A stretch of DNA of 64,000 nt from Eledone cirrhosa (taxonomy: Eukaryota). Below, piece by piece: positions 28,876-42,981 of this stretch (positions are counted from its first letter, which is position 1; each line of letters opens with the position of its first letter). The position numbers and the translations under genes are program-made. Below the pieces are notes generated by a model that ran no database searches, had not been told where the DNA came from, and was given only the letters and a program-made list of their open reading frames with translations. The stretch lies in the NCBI GenBank assembly GCA_964016885.1, contig OZ024747.1, positions 28,458,001-28,522,000 on the forward strand, read 5' to 3'.

Positions 28876-28914
28876 CGTTTATATATTATATTATACCAGC
28901 AAGCAAAGTATATA

Positions 28915-28962
<48 letters not shown>

Positions 28963-29036
28963 CGTTTATATATTATATATATATATATAGTATATATAGT
29001 ATATATATATATACTATATATATATAGTATATATAG

Positions 29037-29067
<31 letters not shown>

Positions 29068-29170
29068 TGTTTATATATTATATTATATATATATATATAT
29101 AGTTTATATAGTATATATACTATATATATATATAGTATATATACTATATATATATTATATTATATTATAT
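28518..29170. repeat. Degenerate (TA)n low-complexity tract
   Basis: ~650 bp almost purely A/T with recurring TATCGTTTATA. Confidence 0.9.
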
Positions 29171-29273
29171 ATCGTGGAAGATGGACGTTAAACGATGATG
29201 ATGATGATGATGATATATATCATCTATATGTTATATAACAAACTTATTTTAAAACATCATATTAACTACTTAC

Positions 29274-29368
29274 TTATGTCTGATTCCTAAGGGAGGCCAC
29301 GGACCGCTGAGCAATATTATACCAGCAAGCAAAATATTTAACACAATCAACAAAAGTTTTGGATCTGA
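29274..29368 (-). CDS. SLC18B1: SLC18B1-like paralog 2, coding exon 9
   Basis: cag|..|gtaag, 95 bp; SDPKLLLIVLNILLAGIILLSGPWPPLGIRH; same size as 60896-60990. Confidence 0.85.
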
Positions 29369-30449
29369 CTGAAAATAAGTAAGTTAATGAATAAACATAC
29401 TAATAAAATTATTAATTTATTCTATTGAGATATATTAATATCATCATCATCATCATTTAACATCTATTTTCTTCACTAGGAAGAGTGTTGTCACAGACCA
29501 TGACAGTACTTAATCAATGTAACAGATCTCTCAGGCAGGCTGTTGGCTGCATCTCACTTACATACTTTCTCACAGTCCACAGAATGTATTGGGTACATTT
29601 TATCACAGCACAAGTACTAGGGAGGTTGTTATGTCTTTCACATAGCTGAAGTGTCCTCTCAACCCTTTGTTTGACAAGTTTTCTACATATGAGTACCTTT
29701 CCTATTACCAAACCCTTTACAGATGCATTAAGTGCATTCTATCATAGCGCCAACACTAGAGAGGGTGTAGTGCCTTTGACACAAGACTTCTCTCGACACG
29801 TTTTTGACATGTTTCCATTATATATAATCTTGTTGTGGAATAAAGTCTAGAATCTATGCAACTTTAATAAACTTTAGTTTGGCCAAAAATATGACAACCT
29901 TTCTAATATGTCTGCCACAATAAAGACTAAAGTGGTTGGTGTTAGAAAGGACATCCAACCAAAGATAACAAACAAGACATGATTCTGTGACTAGTCTAGT
30001 CTTGTACAGTTATGATGTGTCTAACCCTAGAAAGCAGGCATAAAATGATGATGATGATGAAGTCACAGCATATCAAGCAAATATTTGATGGTCTTGGTGA
30101 GTAGAATAGTAAATGGGTTACCTGGGAGGATTGTGTAGGAGATACACTGAGAGAGTCAGTACCTGTGATGAAATGCAAGGCCCCAATACGTTAGCAGTAA
30201 GCCAGCAACCATTCATACTGCAAACCTCACTATGGAACCAATTTATAACAGTATAAACTAGTCAAGTAACTACTCAATCAATATATAGATTGTGGATGCA
30301 GTTGTATCATGCAATCAGAATCCAATCCTGCAATGTTTGCACCTGATATACCATCACTTAATCAACTAACCTATTTACCACCCTCAAAAATATTTTGAAG
30401 TTTTAAATATATTCAGAAGAAAGTCAATAAAGAACCATGGAATACTCAC

Positions 30450-30548
30450 CACTTTATATGCTATTTGAACGTTTGGTATAGAGGAGAGACTAAAACTGAG
30501 TGACAATAGGAAGTACATTGCTCCTAATGCTGTCCTAGAAAATGAAAA
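30450..30548 (-). CDS. SLC18B1: SLC18B1-like paralog 2, coding exon 8
   Basis: aag|..|gtgag, 99 bp; FSFSRTALGAMYFLLSLSFSLSSIPNVQIAYKV. Confidence 0.75.
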
Positions 30549-31430
30549 CTTTAAAAAAACATAAGAAATTAGAATCATTAGTTTCACAATCAATGTTTCA
30601 AAAGAAAATATTACTGTCATTCCATTAATATTCTCAGCAGAGCTGTTATGCTAGGGAACAGGTTGCAGATACTGGATAGCAATATGGCCACCAGATATGA
30701 TGATTAGTTGCAATATAAGTGGGCTCCTGCCAGACAAATATGCAGCCCTGGACCAGCACTGGTAAACTACTATATGTTAAATGTACTAAATAACTCTGAA
30801 ATGGACTGAAATAAATCTGTGCCTGAAAAGGTCAGCTAAAGGTGGCAAATGCTTGGATTGTTTCAGTTGGTTTATCATTATTTCTCCTTACAGCAGAGTA
30901 CAAAACATTACTTACATATTTTGATGAGTATTTGAGAATGCTGATGATTGCCTATTTAGACCCAGCTTGCTGGGGAAGAAATAGCATCACCACCTTTTCA
31001 ATGAAAGGAGGCAGGATTTGAATTCAGAACACACATATCCAGAACAAATATTGCATCCAGTTAATGTTGGTGTTCCTGGATGTGAACAATAGTGAAAATG
31101 GTGCTTTCAGATTGGTGGTCAAATTTCAAATTTCTCAAGGTGTCTGGAAGCTTTTCTGGAAATAATAGAGGTGGGGGAGAAGCACTTGCCTATGATCCCC
31201 ATGGTGATCTCAAATTTGTCGGTTCCTTAACTACCCCTGAATGGTGCTCCCCCACTACTGTGCAATTCTATTGTTATTAAGTTATTGATCCTTTGTTACC
31301 TGTTTTTTTTTCTGTTTACTTGTTCTACATAAATTCCCACTAATCTCTGTTTATTGTATTATCCTTAATGTTTTGGGTCCCAGTTACCAATAAATAAATA
31401 ATTATTTGTTCTGCTGTGTATAATACTTAC

Positions 31431-31558
31431 AACTTCAAGATGTAATCCAAGGAAAACGTCTAAAAATGCGAATGGAATGGTAACTATTGCCCCTTGGATA
31501 ACATTTAACATAATCTCCCAAGAATAAGAAATTGATTTTTTCTCTGGCGTTATTTGGT
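31431..31558 (-). CDS. SLC18B1: SLC18B1-like paralog 2, coding exon 7
   Basis: tag|..|gtaag, 128 bp, phase 1-0; ..IVTIPFAFLDVFLGLHLEV. Confidence 0.8.
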
Positions 31559-31879
31559 CTAAACAGAAAGAAATAGAAGACAATATTTTATTTATTTGTT
31601 TGTTTTTAGAAAATCAGGAAGGTGGAGAGTCTTGTGAGAATGACATAATTATCAGTGATTATTTTAATGTGCAGCTGATCCCTGCTTGTGTAATACTAAA
31701 GCTAAATTTGTGCAGTTCTAAAGCTAATTTTTATACAATAAGTTTACATCTTGTACCAAATGCTACATATGTTTACATGGTAAATGATAAATAAAAGACT
31801 TCTTTAAAACAGTAATTATACATGCTTTGCAGACTCAGAGAATATCAAACACAAGATCATGTCACCTGCTTCGAAGTTT

Positions 31880-32720
31880 ATACAGTTTTGAAACTTAGAT
31901 AATATTGGCACTTCATAACTTTGGAAGTCAGCTTGAAGAAAATAGGTTCTCCACTAGCCTACACCTTTAATAAAACAGAGCTGAAGGTAGCTCATTAGTT
32001 CAGTTTTCTGGTGTGCAACATTTCATCAGTTGCTAAGTTTGACAGGAAAGTTGATAGCTGACTGACAAATTCAAACAGTGCATTTGGCAGGTTGTAGTGA
32101 AAAAACTCAAAGATCAACATATACAGAGTCATTGTACTGACAATCTTCCTGTAAAGTTCAAGTTATGGGTTATTTACTGCCATCACATTAAACTTCTTGA
32201 GTGTTTCCACCAATGCTGCCTTCACAATCCTTAACACCTGCTGAAGTGACTTTGTCACTAACATTGGTCACCAGTATTTAGGCCATACTGTTAAAGACAT
32301 GTGATTCCTGGATGGAGAACCATTGCCTATCCAAAATTGTGCTGTATGGCAAACTCTCCACTGGCCACCACAAAAGAGGGGCACTAACTATAAAAAAGGT
32401 ACATGAATTCTATGAAGAAACCCTTTTGAGCAAGTCACTTTGAACTTCTCTAGAGACCTGATGTAGCTTTTGATTATGTAACCTGGCAGCACACTGTCTA
32501 CCAGTCTGTTTCCTTGTTCAAAATTGCTCACAGAGCTAATGTTGATAACAAACGGAGTCCGAGGAAGAAACATAGCACAACATCAAGCCCAAAACAGAAT
32601 TTCCTTTGTTGCCAGTCACTGAAGTTAAGCCTCTCCATCTTATGCTGGTCACATCAGCCACAATAGACACGGATAGGCCTCTGCATAAATCTTCATTAGC
32701 AAAGTCAAACCATGATGGGG
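31880..32720 (+). mobile_element. Degenerate RTE/BovB-like LINE 3' part
   Basis: NSAFGRL, TQRST/KINIYRVIVLTIFL, ECFHQCCL, PKIVLYGKLSTGHHKRG motifs with stops. Confidence 0.75.
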
Positions 32721-32874
32721 ATTATATTCTGTCACATATAATATATTATATTATATCATATATAATTTATTATATTATATTATATTATATTATATTGTAT
32801 TATATTATATTGCATTATATTGTATTATATTATATTAAATTATGCCAAATTGTATTTTATTATATAATACTTAC

Positions 32875-32965
32875 TGGAAGTAGTTCTTAGAAAACAAATG
32901 TCACACACTAAACAAACACCAAGGAGAAAGCCATAGATTACAAATGGTAAGTAAAAGCCACCAAT
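32875..32965 (-). CDS. SLC18B1: SLC18B1-like paralog 2, coding exon 6
   Basis: cag|..|gtaag, 91 bp; IGGFYLPFVIYGFLLGVCLVCDICFLRTTS. Confidence 0.85.
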
Positions 32966-33729
32966 CTGAAGATAGATTTGATATAATTATGATGAGAGAC
33001 TGGAGGCTAGTGTTTGGCAATCAGAAACAATATAAGGTACAAACTACTTTTCTGTCTGGCTAAACATATGAAAACCTCTCTAGTGCTAGTGCCGTAATAA
33101 AATGCACCCATTTTACCCTGTAAAGTGTTAGTATTAATGTCCCAATAAAATGTACCCAAGCTATTGTGTAAAGTGATAGTGCTGGTGTGACAAAAATTAC
33201 AGCCAGTACACTCTGTGAAGAGGCTGGTGTTAGGAAGGGTATCGAACTGTAGAAGACAAAACTAATATGCAATGTATGAGCAAGAAGAGGTCTGGTCTAA
33301 GACTATGACAACCTCTCCAAACAATGCCAGCATGGAAATATATGATGATGGTGATGATGATAATGATGGAGAAAGTATCAGCTCAGTATTAGTGCTCTCT
33401 CCTTCCAGCTGTCACATCCAGGATGTTTAGCTGGATCAAAGAAAAGAGAGTCAAATGGATATCTGTGTCAGCTAAGGTCCACTTTGCTTTTAATCCTTTT
33501 GATGTTGCTAAGTATTATCCCAGTACTGGTGAAGCGTTTTCTCTTTCTAGTTGTCAAATCCTGAATGTTTTGTTGGATTAAGAGTGGGAGGATTGAGAGG
33601 GTGTCAGTGTCTGCTCATGACTGCATGAGCACCTTAAACCCTAAGCAAAATCATTTAAATAAAAGTCAATTGTGAGTGATGGCTGTAGTAGTTATTTTTT
33701 TATTCAGGTACATATACAATCATACTTAC

Positions 33730-33798
33730 ATCATAGAATATTCCTCCAAACAAAGGACCACTGGCAAAAGCAAAGCCAGTTGAAAGCTGAAGTAAACC
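33730..33798 (-). CDS. SLC18B1: SLC18B1-like paralog 2, coding exon 5
   Basis: tag|..|gtaagt, 69 bp; GLLQLSTGFAFASGPLFGGIFYD (MFS motif C). Confidence 0.88.
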
Positions 33799-33973
33799 CT
33801 AAAATACATGTTTAAAAATCATGCATGTTAAAATACATATTTAAAAATTATACATGTTTAAAACCTATGAATATTTTAAATACATGTTAACAAGTTATCC
33901 TTGTTTAGAAATTATGTTTAGAAATTAAGTTTAAAATATGTCAAAGTACATGTTTAAAAACTCTACATATTAA

Positions 33974-34168
33974 CCCTTTAAACTGGCCAAATCCGGCCAG
34001 AATTCTCTCACCTTTCTGTTCAGACTGGCCGTAACTGGCCACACATACCAATGTTAAGGTATTATTCTCAAAATAAATAACATCAAAATCTTGTAGATTC
34101 AATATTATGTGAGATAATTGTGTACAAATACACAATATGAAATATAGAGTAATGTAAATGCTAAAGGG
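33974..34168. mobile_element. piggyBac-like MITE
   Basis: TTAA|CCCTTTA ... TAAAGGG|TTAA. Confidence 0.65.
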
Positions 34169-35004
34169 TTAAGAATGTATGCTTAAAATCTATACATATT
34201 TAACACCTATACATGTTGAAAATATATGTTTAAAAACTTTAGTTTTAAAAGAAACTATACATGTTTCAAACACATGCTGAAAATATATGTTGAAAAATTA
34301 TACAATCAAACACATGCTGAAAATATATGTTTAAAAACTATACATGTTTAAAATGCATAGTTAGAAACATCAAAATGTGTATCCCAAAATGTCATCTTGC
34401 AACTGAGTTTTCTATTTAAATGTCCACTGAGACTGCTTATAAACGAACTATTACTTAGGGATTAGATAAATTAGATATATATCCAGTTAATATATACAAT
34501 ACATTCATGACAGCTAGTCCAAGTATAAACAAATGTAAATAGCTTGCCTCTATATACAGTTAGCAGTAATACAAACATAATATCATTCAACAGAAATGTA
34601 TATGAAAGTATATACAGTATGTATAATAAACAGACATAAAACTTGCTCTGGGTATTTTAAGGTGTGATCATGGCACAGCTACCTCGGTAACCATTTGAAA
34701 ACACTGCTATATAAGCTATCAGTTCATTTTGTCTCAGTGCTTAGTGAGTAGACATCTTTGAAGATGGGCAAAGATCCTGAAATACAAGTATTTGACATCC
34801 TCACATAGTTACTGAGGTAGCTGTGATATGATCACAACTTAAAATACCCACAGTGAGACTTAAGTATGTTTATAAACATATTGCATATGTTTTCATATAT
34901 GACTTCGGTATATATTAAAATCAGTTTATCCAATTTACTCAAGCCCTTAATAATGGTGGGTTTATGAACATGCTCTCTATGGGTAGTTAAAGATAGTACT
35001 AACT

Positions 35005-36705
35005 TTATCATCACAAACACTATCATAACTGCCATCACCACCAACACCACCACAAACACTATCATCACCACCATTACCAATGAACACCACCATCACAAAC
35101 ACTACCATCACCACTAACTCCACCATCACCAGCATCACCACTAAATCCATCATCACAAACACTATCATCTCCACCATCAACACCAACAACACCCCCACAA
35201 ACACTCAAACACTATCATCCCCACCATCACCACTAACTCCACCATCACAACTCCACCATCACCAATATCACCACTAAATCCACCATCACAAACACTATCA
35301 TCTCCACCATCAACACTATCATCACCACCAACACCACAAACACTATCATCCCCACCATCACCACTAACTCCACCATTACAAACACTATCATCCCCACCAC
35401 CAACTCCAACACCACAAACACTATCATCCCCACCATCACCACTAACTCCACCTTACAAACACTATCATCACCACAAACACTATCATCCCCACCATCACCA
35501 CTAACTCCACCTTACAAACACTATCATCACCACAAACACTATCATCCCCACCATCACCACTAACTCCACCTTACAAACACTATCATCACCACAAACACTA
35601 TCATCCCCACCATCACCACTAACTCCACCTTACAAACACTATCATCACCACAAACACTATCATCCCCACCATCACCACTAACTCCATCTTACAAACACTA
35701 TCATCACCACCAACACCACAAACACTATCATCCCCACCATCACCACTAACTCCACCATTACAAACACTATCATCCCCACCACCAACACCAACACCACAAA
35801 CACTATCATCCCCACCATTACCACTAACTCCACCTTACAAACACTATCATCACCACAAACACTATCATCCCCACCATTACCACTAACTCCACCTTACAAA
35901 CACTATCATCACCACAAACACTATCATCCCCACCATTACCACTAACTCCACCTTACAAACACTATCATCACCACAAACACTATCATCCCCACCATCACCA
36001 CTAACTCCACCATTACAAACACTATCATCCCCACCACCAACACCAACACCACAAACACTATCATCCCCACCATTACCACTAACTCCACCACCACAAACAC
36101 TATCATCCCCACCACCAACACCAACACCACAAACACTATCATCCCCACCATTACCACTAACTCCACCACCACAAACACTATCATCCCCACCACCAACTCC
36201 AACACCACAAACACTATCATCCCCACCACCAACTCCAACACCACAAACACTATCATCCCCACCATTACCACTAACTCAACCATCACAAACACTATCATCC
36301 CCACCATCATCACTAACTCAACCATCACAAACACTACCATCTCCACCTACAACACCAACACCACCACCACAAACACTATCATCACCACCATCATCACTAA
36401 CACCACCATCACCACAATCACCACCACAAACACTAACATCACCACCATCACCACTAACTCCACCATCACAAACAGTAACATCACCACCATAAACACTATC
36501 ATCACCATCATAACCACCAACACCAACATCACAAACAATAACAACAGCAACAACACCATCACCACCAATGTCCCCATTGCCACCACCATCCCTATCACCA
36601 CCACCAACAATAACGATAAGAACATCCCAACCACAACCACCACAATCAACACCACCACCATCACCAATACCACAACCACCACAATCAACACCACCACCAT
36701 CACAC
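35005..36705. repeat. CAC/CAT-rich minisatellite (~61-bp higher-order unit)
   Basis: Repeated ACAAACACTATCATCCCCACCATCACCACTAACTCCACC. Confidence 0.9.
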
Positions 36706-36733
36706 TAGCAGTGTGTTTCTAGTTATTACTCAC

Positions 36734-36893
36734 AAATAAAGTGCTAATATGTTCAGGGAATTCAGTGGCAAAAAATATCATAATTGCATTGTTGATTGTA
36801 CCACAACTGCAAGATTCTACAGCTCTGTTCACGAAACTGAGTGCAGTGAACAATATATTCAATGATCTTGTGTTTGGGATGAATTTCAACATT
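36734..36893 (-). CDS. SLC18B1: SLC18B1-like paralog 2, coding exon 4
   Basis: cag|..|gtgag, 160 bp, phase 2-0; MLKFIPN..LFTALSFVNRAVESCSCGTINNAIMIFFATEFPEHISTLF. Confidence 0.87.
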
Positions 36894-36951
36894 CTGACCG
36901 GAGACAGAGAGAAATATAGAGATATCTTAAGAAGAATTTTCTTTTTTTATT

Positions 36952-37650
36952 AGCCACTGGGGCTGTTATAAAGTATAGTCAGATTAAAACAACTAGGGGT
37001 CCTGGGCTACAGAGGATTTGTGACCCCAGCATCTGATTGTAAAAAACTTAATGTACATCAATGAAGGCCTACATATAAAATGGTGTTCAGATTCTGACAT
37101 AGATCAATGCCAATCTCTAAGATAGCGATGACACCCAAAGATGGGGCTGAATTAAAGCAACTAAGGGCTCTGGGCTACAAAAAATTGAGGGCTGCAGTTC
37201 ACTTAGCTAATATGTAAATGCACAGTACAAATCTACAGACACTTTCACTGACAAACCCATATCCTTATTACTTACTATTTCAACATGATGTATGTTCATC
37301 ATTTCTACCCACCATCTACCTCTACTCTACTCAAAAACCTACCTACCTATTTCCTTCATTCAGTATTACTGATAATGATTTCTAGTATAGGCACAAGGCC
37401 AGTAATTTTGGGGGAGAGGAAAGTCGATTAAATCGACCCCAGTACATTACTGGTGCTTTATTTTATCGACCCCTTAAAGGATGAAAGGCAAAGTTAATCT
37501 CGACGGGATTTGAACTCAGATCATAAAGGGTCGTAACTCTATGCTTCTCTCTCTTCCTAATTTTTGATGAAGAGTCTATGGCCAAAACATTGGTAGTTCC
37601 CTTTCCCTCACAGCAAATACATTTATTTTACTATATTTTATTAATATTTC
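36952..37650. repeat. Left arm of long inverted repeat (SINE inserted at ~37370-37545)
   Basis: Reverse complement of 43456-43968. Confidence 0.9.
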
Positions 37651-37807
37651 TTTTTGATTACTTGTTGATGATGTGGAGATCAAGCAGATTCTTTGGATTC
37701 TCGATTTTAACTGATAAAAGGTAAAGTTGACCCAAGCATATAGAAATGTAACTAAATACTGCATGAGATTTTGCCTGGCACTCTACTGATTCTGCTAACT
37801 CACCTAA

Positions 37808-37997
37808 ATAATGATTTCTACTATAGGCACAAGGCCAGCTATTATCCCAGTGCATTACAGGTGCTTTATTTGATCGACCCAGTAAGGATGAAAGGCAAAG
37901 TTAACCTCAGCAGGATTTGAACTCAGACCATAAAGAGCCATAACTCTTTGCTGCAAAGCATGGCGTCTGACCCTCTACCAATACTGCCAATCCACCT
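37808..37997 (-). mobile_element. tRNA-derived SINE
   Basis: Same family as 25431-25608. Confidence 0.85.
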
Positions 37998-38728
37998 AAA
38001 TAATGATACTAAGAATGAGGCAGACAGGCTCTTCATTCTCAATAATAATACTAATAATGAAGTAGACTGGCTTTCTCAGCACATTCCTCTGGGGATACAC
38101 ATTCTCCATTTTGTTTGTTTGGACCATGAAACATTTGCCTAATTTGCTGTGATATTTTTTGTTTATTGAAGGTGTCAGACAAGTATGTTTTCTAATGAAC
38201 CATGCCAATTTAAAAAAGAAAATTGTTATGTCCATGACAGATTGCTCCAAGTCAATGTGGTTTAGTAATGAGCTAAGAAATTATTAATAACAAGCATAGA
38301 TTGGAAAAATATCTACAAATACAGAACCAGTAAACTTAACTTCTAAATCAATGTAATTTATCTCAGGCTCGGACCTCCTGCTGTAAAGCATTCAAAGAGT
38401 GTGTTTTTGTGTGTTGTGAGTCATGTACCAGAGATGAAAGGGTGTGGAGATGTCACTATAGTGGAAGGGATTAAAACAGGCCCTCTTTTGCATAGCATTC
38501 ATTGAACTGATAGGTTGTGTTTTCATGGATTTTGTGCAAAACTTATTTCTGACCAGAATATGATTCTTGGGTTGTGCAAGTAGTCAGAGAGATGATAAAC
38601 AAAGAACTCTTAAGGTAAGTTTGCCTTTTGTACTAAGGCTTTATATAGTCTAAGCCAAGTAAGATAATATCTATACTAAAAACAATTTTACAAAGGGAGG
38701 GAATAAAAAGAGAACAAATATCACTTAC

Positions 38729-38802
38729 CCAAAGAGAATTGTACTGATGGAAGAAGATATAAGTGCAACATATATAATATGTTTTAATTTAAAATACAAT
38801 AC
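38729..38802 (-). CDS. SLC18B1: SLC18B1-like paralog 2, coding exon 3
   Basis: cag|..|gtaagt, 74 bp; VLYFKLKHIIYVALISSSISTILFG. Confidence 0.87.
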
Positions 38803-38899
38803 CTGTAAGAAATATAATCAGACAACACTTAGTTTCATTAAGAAAATGAATCCAGTTCATATTTATATATATTATATATATGCTTTTGATCTAACCACC

Positions 38900-39992
38900 T
38901 GCAACACTAACTTCAGGGAAACAGCCAGCCACTTGATTACCTAGCAATTGAATGGACATGCCAGCAAAATAGACTTTATTCTCACCAGAGAATGCTACAG
39001 ATAAATGGTAGCAAATGTCAAGTCTTTTCCTGGTAAAGAATGTTTTTCCCAACATAGATTAGTTATCAGTGTCCTTAGAGTTGGGGCTAGATGGACTCAG
39101 AGACAAAAGCCAATCTGGTGAAAGAAGACCTGAAAAAAAATTCAGGGCAATCTTACTCAACGTCTATGACAATAAGGAAAAGGAGATGGAGACCTATAGT
39201 GTGAGGAAAAATTGGAAATTTCTATGAGATAACATGCTAAAAGTTACGAGCCAGGTCTGTTGCTGGAGTAAGGTCTCAGCAAGAGGGAAAGTGATGTAGT
39301 GGTGGAATGTTAGAGTAGATAGAGCCCTAATAGCAAAGAGAGGGGCCTAGAAAGACTAGTAACTGAGAGCATTATCAAAAGAAGGTAACTGAGAGCAATA
39401 TCAAAAAGCTTAATGAGAGGTTAGGAGACAGGTATACTTAGCAAGGGAAGAAACAGAAAAGAGTAAGTTTGTGCATGTTCCGAATTGCAAAACAGTGTGT
39501 TTTAAATCAGGACATGTTTAGAGAAAAGTGTTTCCAAAATGATAGTGAAGCACTTTCGCTAACAGATGCAAAAAGGAAAGAACCATGGAATACCTATTAC
39601 AAGACACCGTTTAACAAAAGAAATAAATGGTACAGTGAGAGCCAACTCCGTGTAAACCCAACTGAAGGACCACTCTTAAAAGTTGACAGAAATGTGATAG
39701 ACAAAGCAATTAAGGATATGAAGGTAGGGAAGGCATCTGGACTATCCAGTATAGTTGCCTACATGTTAAAAATATCTGACATGTTAGGTTATGAGCTAGT
39801 CAGACAAATAATTAAGTAATACAGGATGGTGCCATATCCAAAGACTGACACAGTAGTATCATTGTCAACTGCTACAAGTGCAAATGAGACACACTCGAGA
39901 GAGGTAACCCCAGAGGCATCAAGGTGATGGACTAGATCATGAAACTTAGTGAAAGGGATATAGTACAACTAATAAAACAGAATTGAGCTAGA
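38900..39992 (+). mobile_element. Degenerate RTE LINE (APE C-terminus to RT N-terminus)
   Basis: SKIDFIL..VKSFPGKECFSQHRLVI; KAIKDMKVGKASGLSSIVAYMLK. Confidence 0.85.
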
Positions 39993-40685
39993 TATATATG
40001 TATGTATGTATGTATGTATGTCTCATGGTCGGGTCGTTGGCGACTAAACTGGCAACCCCACCAAGGTTTCTTGGTGAGAAGGGTGACTTTGGACATCCTG
40101 CAGGACTAAAAACAAAACCTGTCAAAGGGCAAAGGAGCTCTTAAGAGTCAATGGCAATCCAAAATCACCGGGAGAGATGACCCCTTAGCCTTTGTCAAGG
40201 CAGAATTCTAGGAGAAGGAAAACTCTGATATAACACCTGCAACCTTGATGGTATCCAATGATGTTGACTTGTTCTTCTTTTTGGTAAATATCATCTTGGT
40301 TAAGAGAGTGGGACTGGCTTTGTGCAGTGCCTTTGCTCACTATAAAAGCTTCACGGCACAGGCACTTTATATCTGGAGATCTCTCTGCACTTGTCGTCAC
40401 ATGGTACCATGGGCCCAGCACTATGTGTCAATAATTGTCACAAGTGTAGTGTTTGTACCAGAGTTTTCAAGTCGCTGGCTGGACTAAAAAGTCACACTCG
40501 TTCAGCGCATCGGTAGGGGTTCTCCTACATGGATATAAAGTAGTGGCTGTACTCGAAAACGAGTTGGCAGCCACCACCATGTATGTATGTATGTGTATGT
40601 GTATGTGTGTATGTCTGTGTGTGTGTATGCATGCATGTATATATGTATCTATGTATGTATAGAGGAAATCTTTCAATTGACTTAC

Positions 40686-40781
40686 TGCTTTCCTGACCAT
40701 TTGTGGAACAAATAAATTTATGAATGGATAAACACCAAACAAGAAGCTGGTTATGACATTATTTATTCCGCGCAATTTCGC
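40686..40781 (-). CDS. SLC18B1: SLC18B1-like paralog 2, coding exon 2
   Basis: cag|..|gtaag, 96 bp; AKLRGINNVITSFLFGVYPFINLFVPQMVRKA. Confidence 0.87.
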
Positions 40782-41781
40782 CTGCAGATAAAACATTACA
40801 ATATACATTTGGTTCAAGATATCTAATTAAATATAGAGGTAGCGTTAGTAATTTAATTAGACTCCAGTATATGATTGGTTTACTTATTTTATAAATCTTC
40901 TAAGTATGAAAGACAAAGCCAACTCCATAGGAAATTGAATTCATACTGCGAAGGGAGATAACTAAATTAAGTCGATTTGTGTCTCAACAAACAATTTTAA
41001 AGAATTTCAGGCATATTGTAGCACCAAGCCTATACTATTTTATATGTCTGACAATAGAATCTGGCTTGAGAGATATCTTGTCTTCATAAACTGCGTGTAG
41101 CGATTATAAAGACAAGAAGACAATTCTTTTGATATCAAACTGCCTGAATCGACCCTGGTTCTTTAATGCAAAACTGTTTGTTTTAAAATGTTTATATTTA
41201 TCTAAACACCTTCCCTAATAGTTTTTTTTATAAAGACTTTTCTTTTGTTACATGTTGCTTCTCACAATAGCATGATAATGAGAAAGTTAGTTATATTTCT
41301 AAATCTCTCCTAATTCTTGATTATTTTCAAAATTATTTGAAAATCATAAGTAACATCTTTCATTAGAAATATGGTAACAGAATGGTAAATGTGTTTATAT
41401 TTATCACAAAACCTTTCATGATAATTTTATATAAGGACCTTCCTGAAGCTATGTTTCTGCTTAATAAAGAGAAAATAGTTATTTTCCATAATTATATGAA
41501 AATCATAGTCAGTTTTCCAATAGAAATATAGTAATTAAAGGATTAAGAGGATTAAGAAAATTAAGATATTTGAACTTTTGACATCCTATACCTCATGAAA
41601 TCATATTAACAAGGCATTCTTGAAAAATACAAATATCACTATAACTGCATCACTTTAAAAATTAGTCTTTACTCTAATACTGCAAGTTTTCACAATGATC
41701 TGTCTACTATTAATACTATAAGCATTTTCAAATGTGTGACTAAATCATTACAAGATGCTAAGAGTTAAAAAGGCAACTTAC

Positions 41782-41961
41782 CTCTTGTGGATAAGTAATT
41801 TCCAATAGAGGGAAAGTGGAAGCAGATACTGTACGAGACAGTAACAAGGCAACTATTAACAATTTCTTCTGAAGAACAAGTTCTTTCTTGGCTGAATGAG
41901 AAATATTGTCTGCCATTGAATTATTATTATCTGCTGTCTCTACATTCTCTATGGGCTCCAT
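41782..41961 (-). CDS. SLC18B1: SLC18B1-like paralog 2, first coding exon
   Basis: ATG at 41961; MEPIEN..KKLLIVALLLSRTVSASTFPLLEITYPQE|gtaag; acceptor at 42064 implies an upstream UTR exon. Confidence 0.8.
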
Positions 41962-42497
41962 ATTACTGACCAGTGTCCTCCCTCTCCCCCACTCACTTTT
42001 TCTTCCTTTCTCTCAATACCCCACCCTCCCTCTATGTCATTGGTATAGCTGAACTTTCTCAACCTGAAAAATAAAGAATTACTGAAAAAAAGTGAGATAT
42101 AAAAGAGAAAGAAACAATAACAACAGTAACAATGGTAAGAGCATCAACAACATAGTAACATTAACAATAGCAACAACAATAGAAGGAACAACAAATAGAA
42201 TAACATCAACAAAATCTGAGGGAACCACCAGTGAGTTACTTGACTTGCTAAAATAGAAAAGGCTGATTGATGGGTCCTGATGGTGAGGCTAAAGTTAAAC
42301 CTACAGTCAGTAAGCACCTCTTAACCAAATGTACACCCCAACCCACTACCCCTACTCCATCCTCCTACTCCCACCAACACCACCCTTTCTCTGTAAAGTT
42401 GTGCTGGTGCCACTGAACATCCAGTCCAAACTAAAGAGGCTGTGTAGGTGTCACAACAAAAAGCAGCTAGTCCACTCTGTAAAGTGGTGGGGTAGGA

Positions 42498-42981
42498 CAG
42501 TGCTTCTCAAACTATCTGATGTGGCGGACCGGCATTTTTTTTTTTCAATGTGCCACGTACCACTAATATTTCGTAGTAATATTAATTTATACCGGAAACG
42601 ATATATATAATTGTTTCTACTTTAGGCACAAGGCCAGCAAATTACCCAGTGCATTACTGGTACTTTATTTTATCGACCCCGTAAGGATGAAAGGCAAAGT
42701 CAACCTCGGCGGGATTTGAACTCAGATCGTAAAGGGACGTAACTATGCTGGAAAGCATGGCGTCCGACCCTCTACCGATACTGCTAATCCACCGCCTTAA
42801 ACGATATATATAATGAATATAATAATAGTTGACCCTTTTTTTATCTTCTATTTATTTTGTAAACAAATAATACAATATCAAAACATAAAAAAGTAATAAA
42901 AAAAATTCCTCAAATGATTCCTTAGCATGGACTGGACACTGGCCGCGTACCGGTAGCGGACCACCACGTTGAGTAGCACTG
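42498..42981. mobile_element. hAT (Charlie-like) MITE with nested SINE, itself inside an RTE-tail SINE (~42400-43190)
   Basis: TIRs CAGTGCTTCTCAA / TTGAGTAGCACTG; 8-bp TSD GGGTAGGA/GTGTAGGA. Confidence 0.8.
42612..42798 (-). mobile_element. Young tRNA-derived SINE with 16-bp TSD
   Basis: TSD AAACGATATATATAAT on both sides. Confidence 0.9.

Noticed and set aside
35005-36705. Hydrophobic MVVELVV ORFs and Thr-rich mucin-like frames
   Set aside because: Intronic minisatellite between two phase-compatible SLC18B1-like exons; frames are broken
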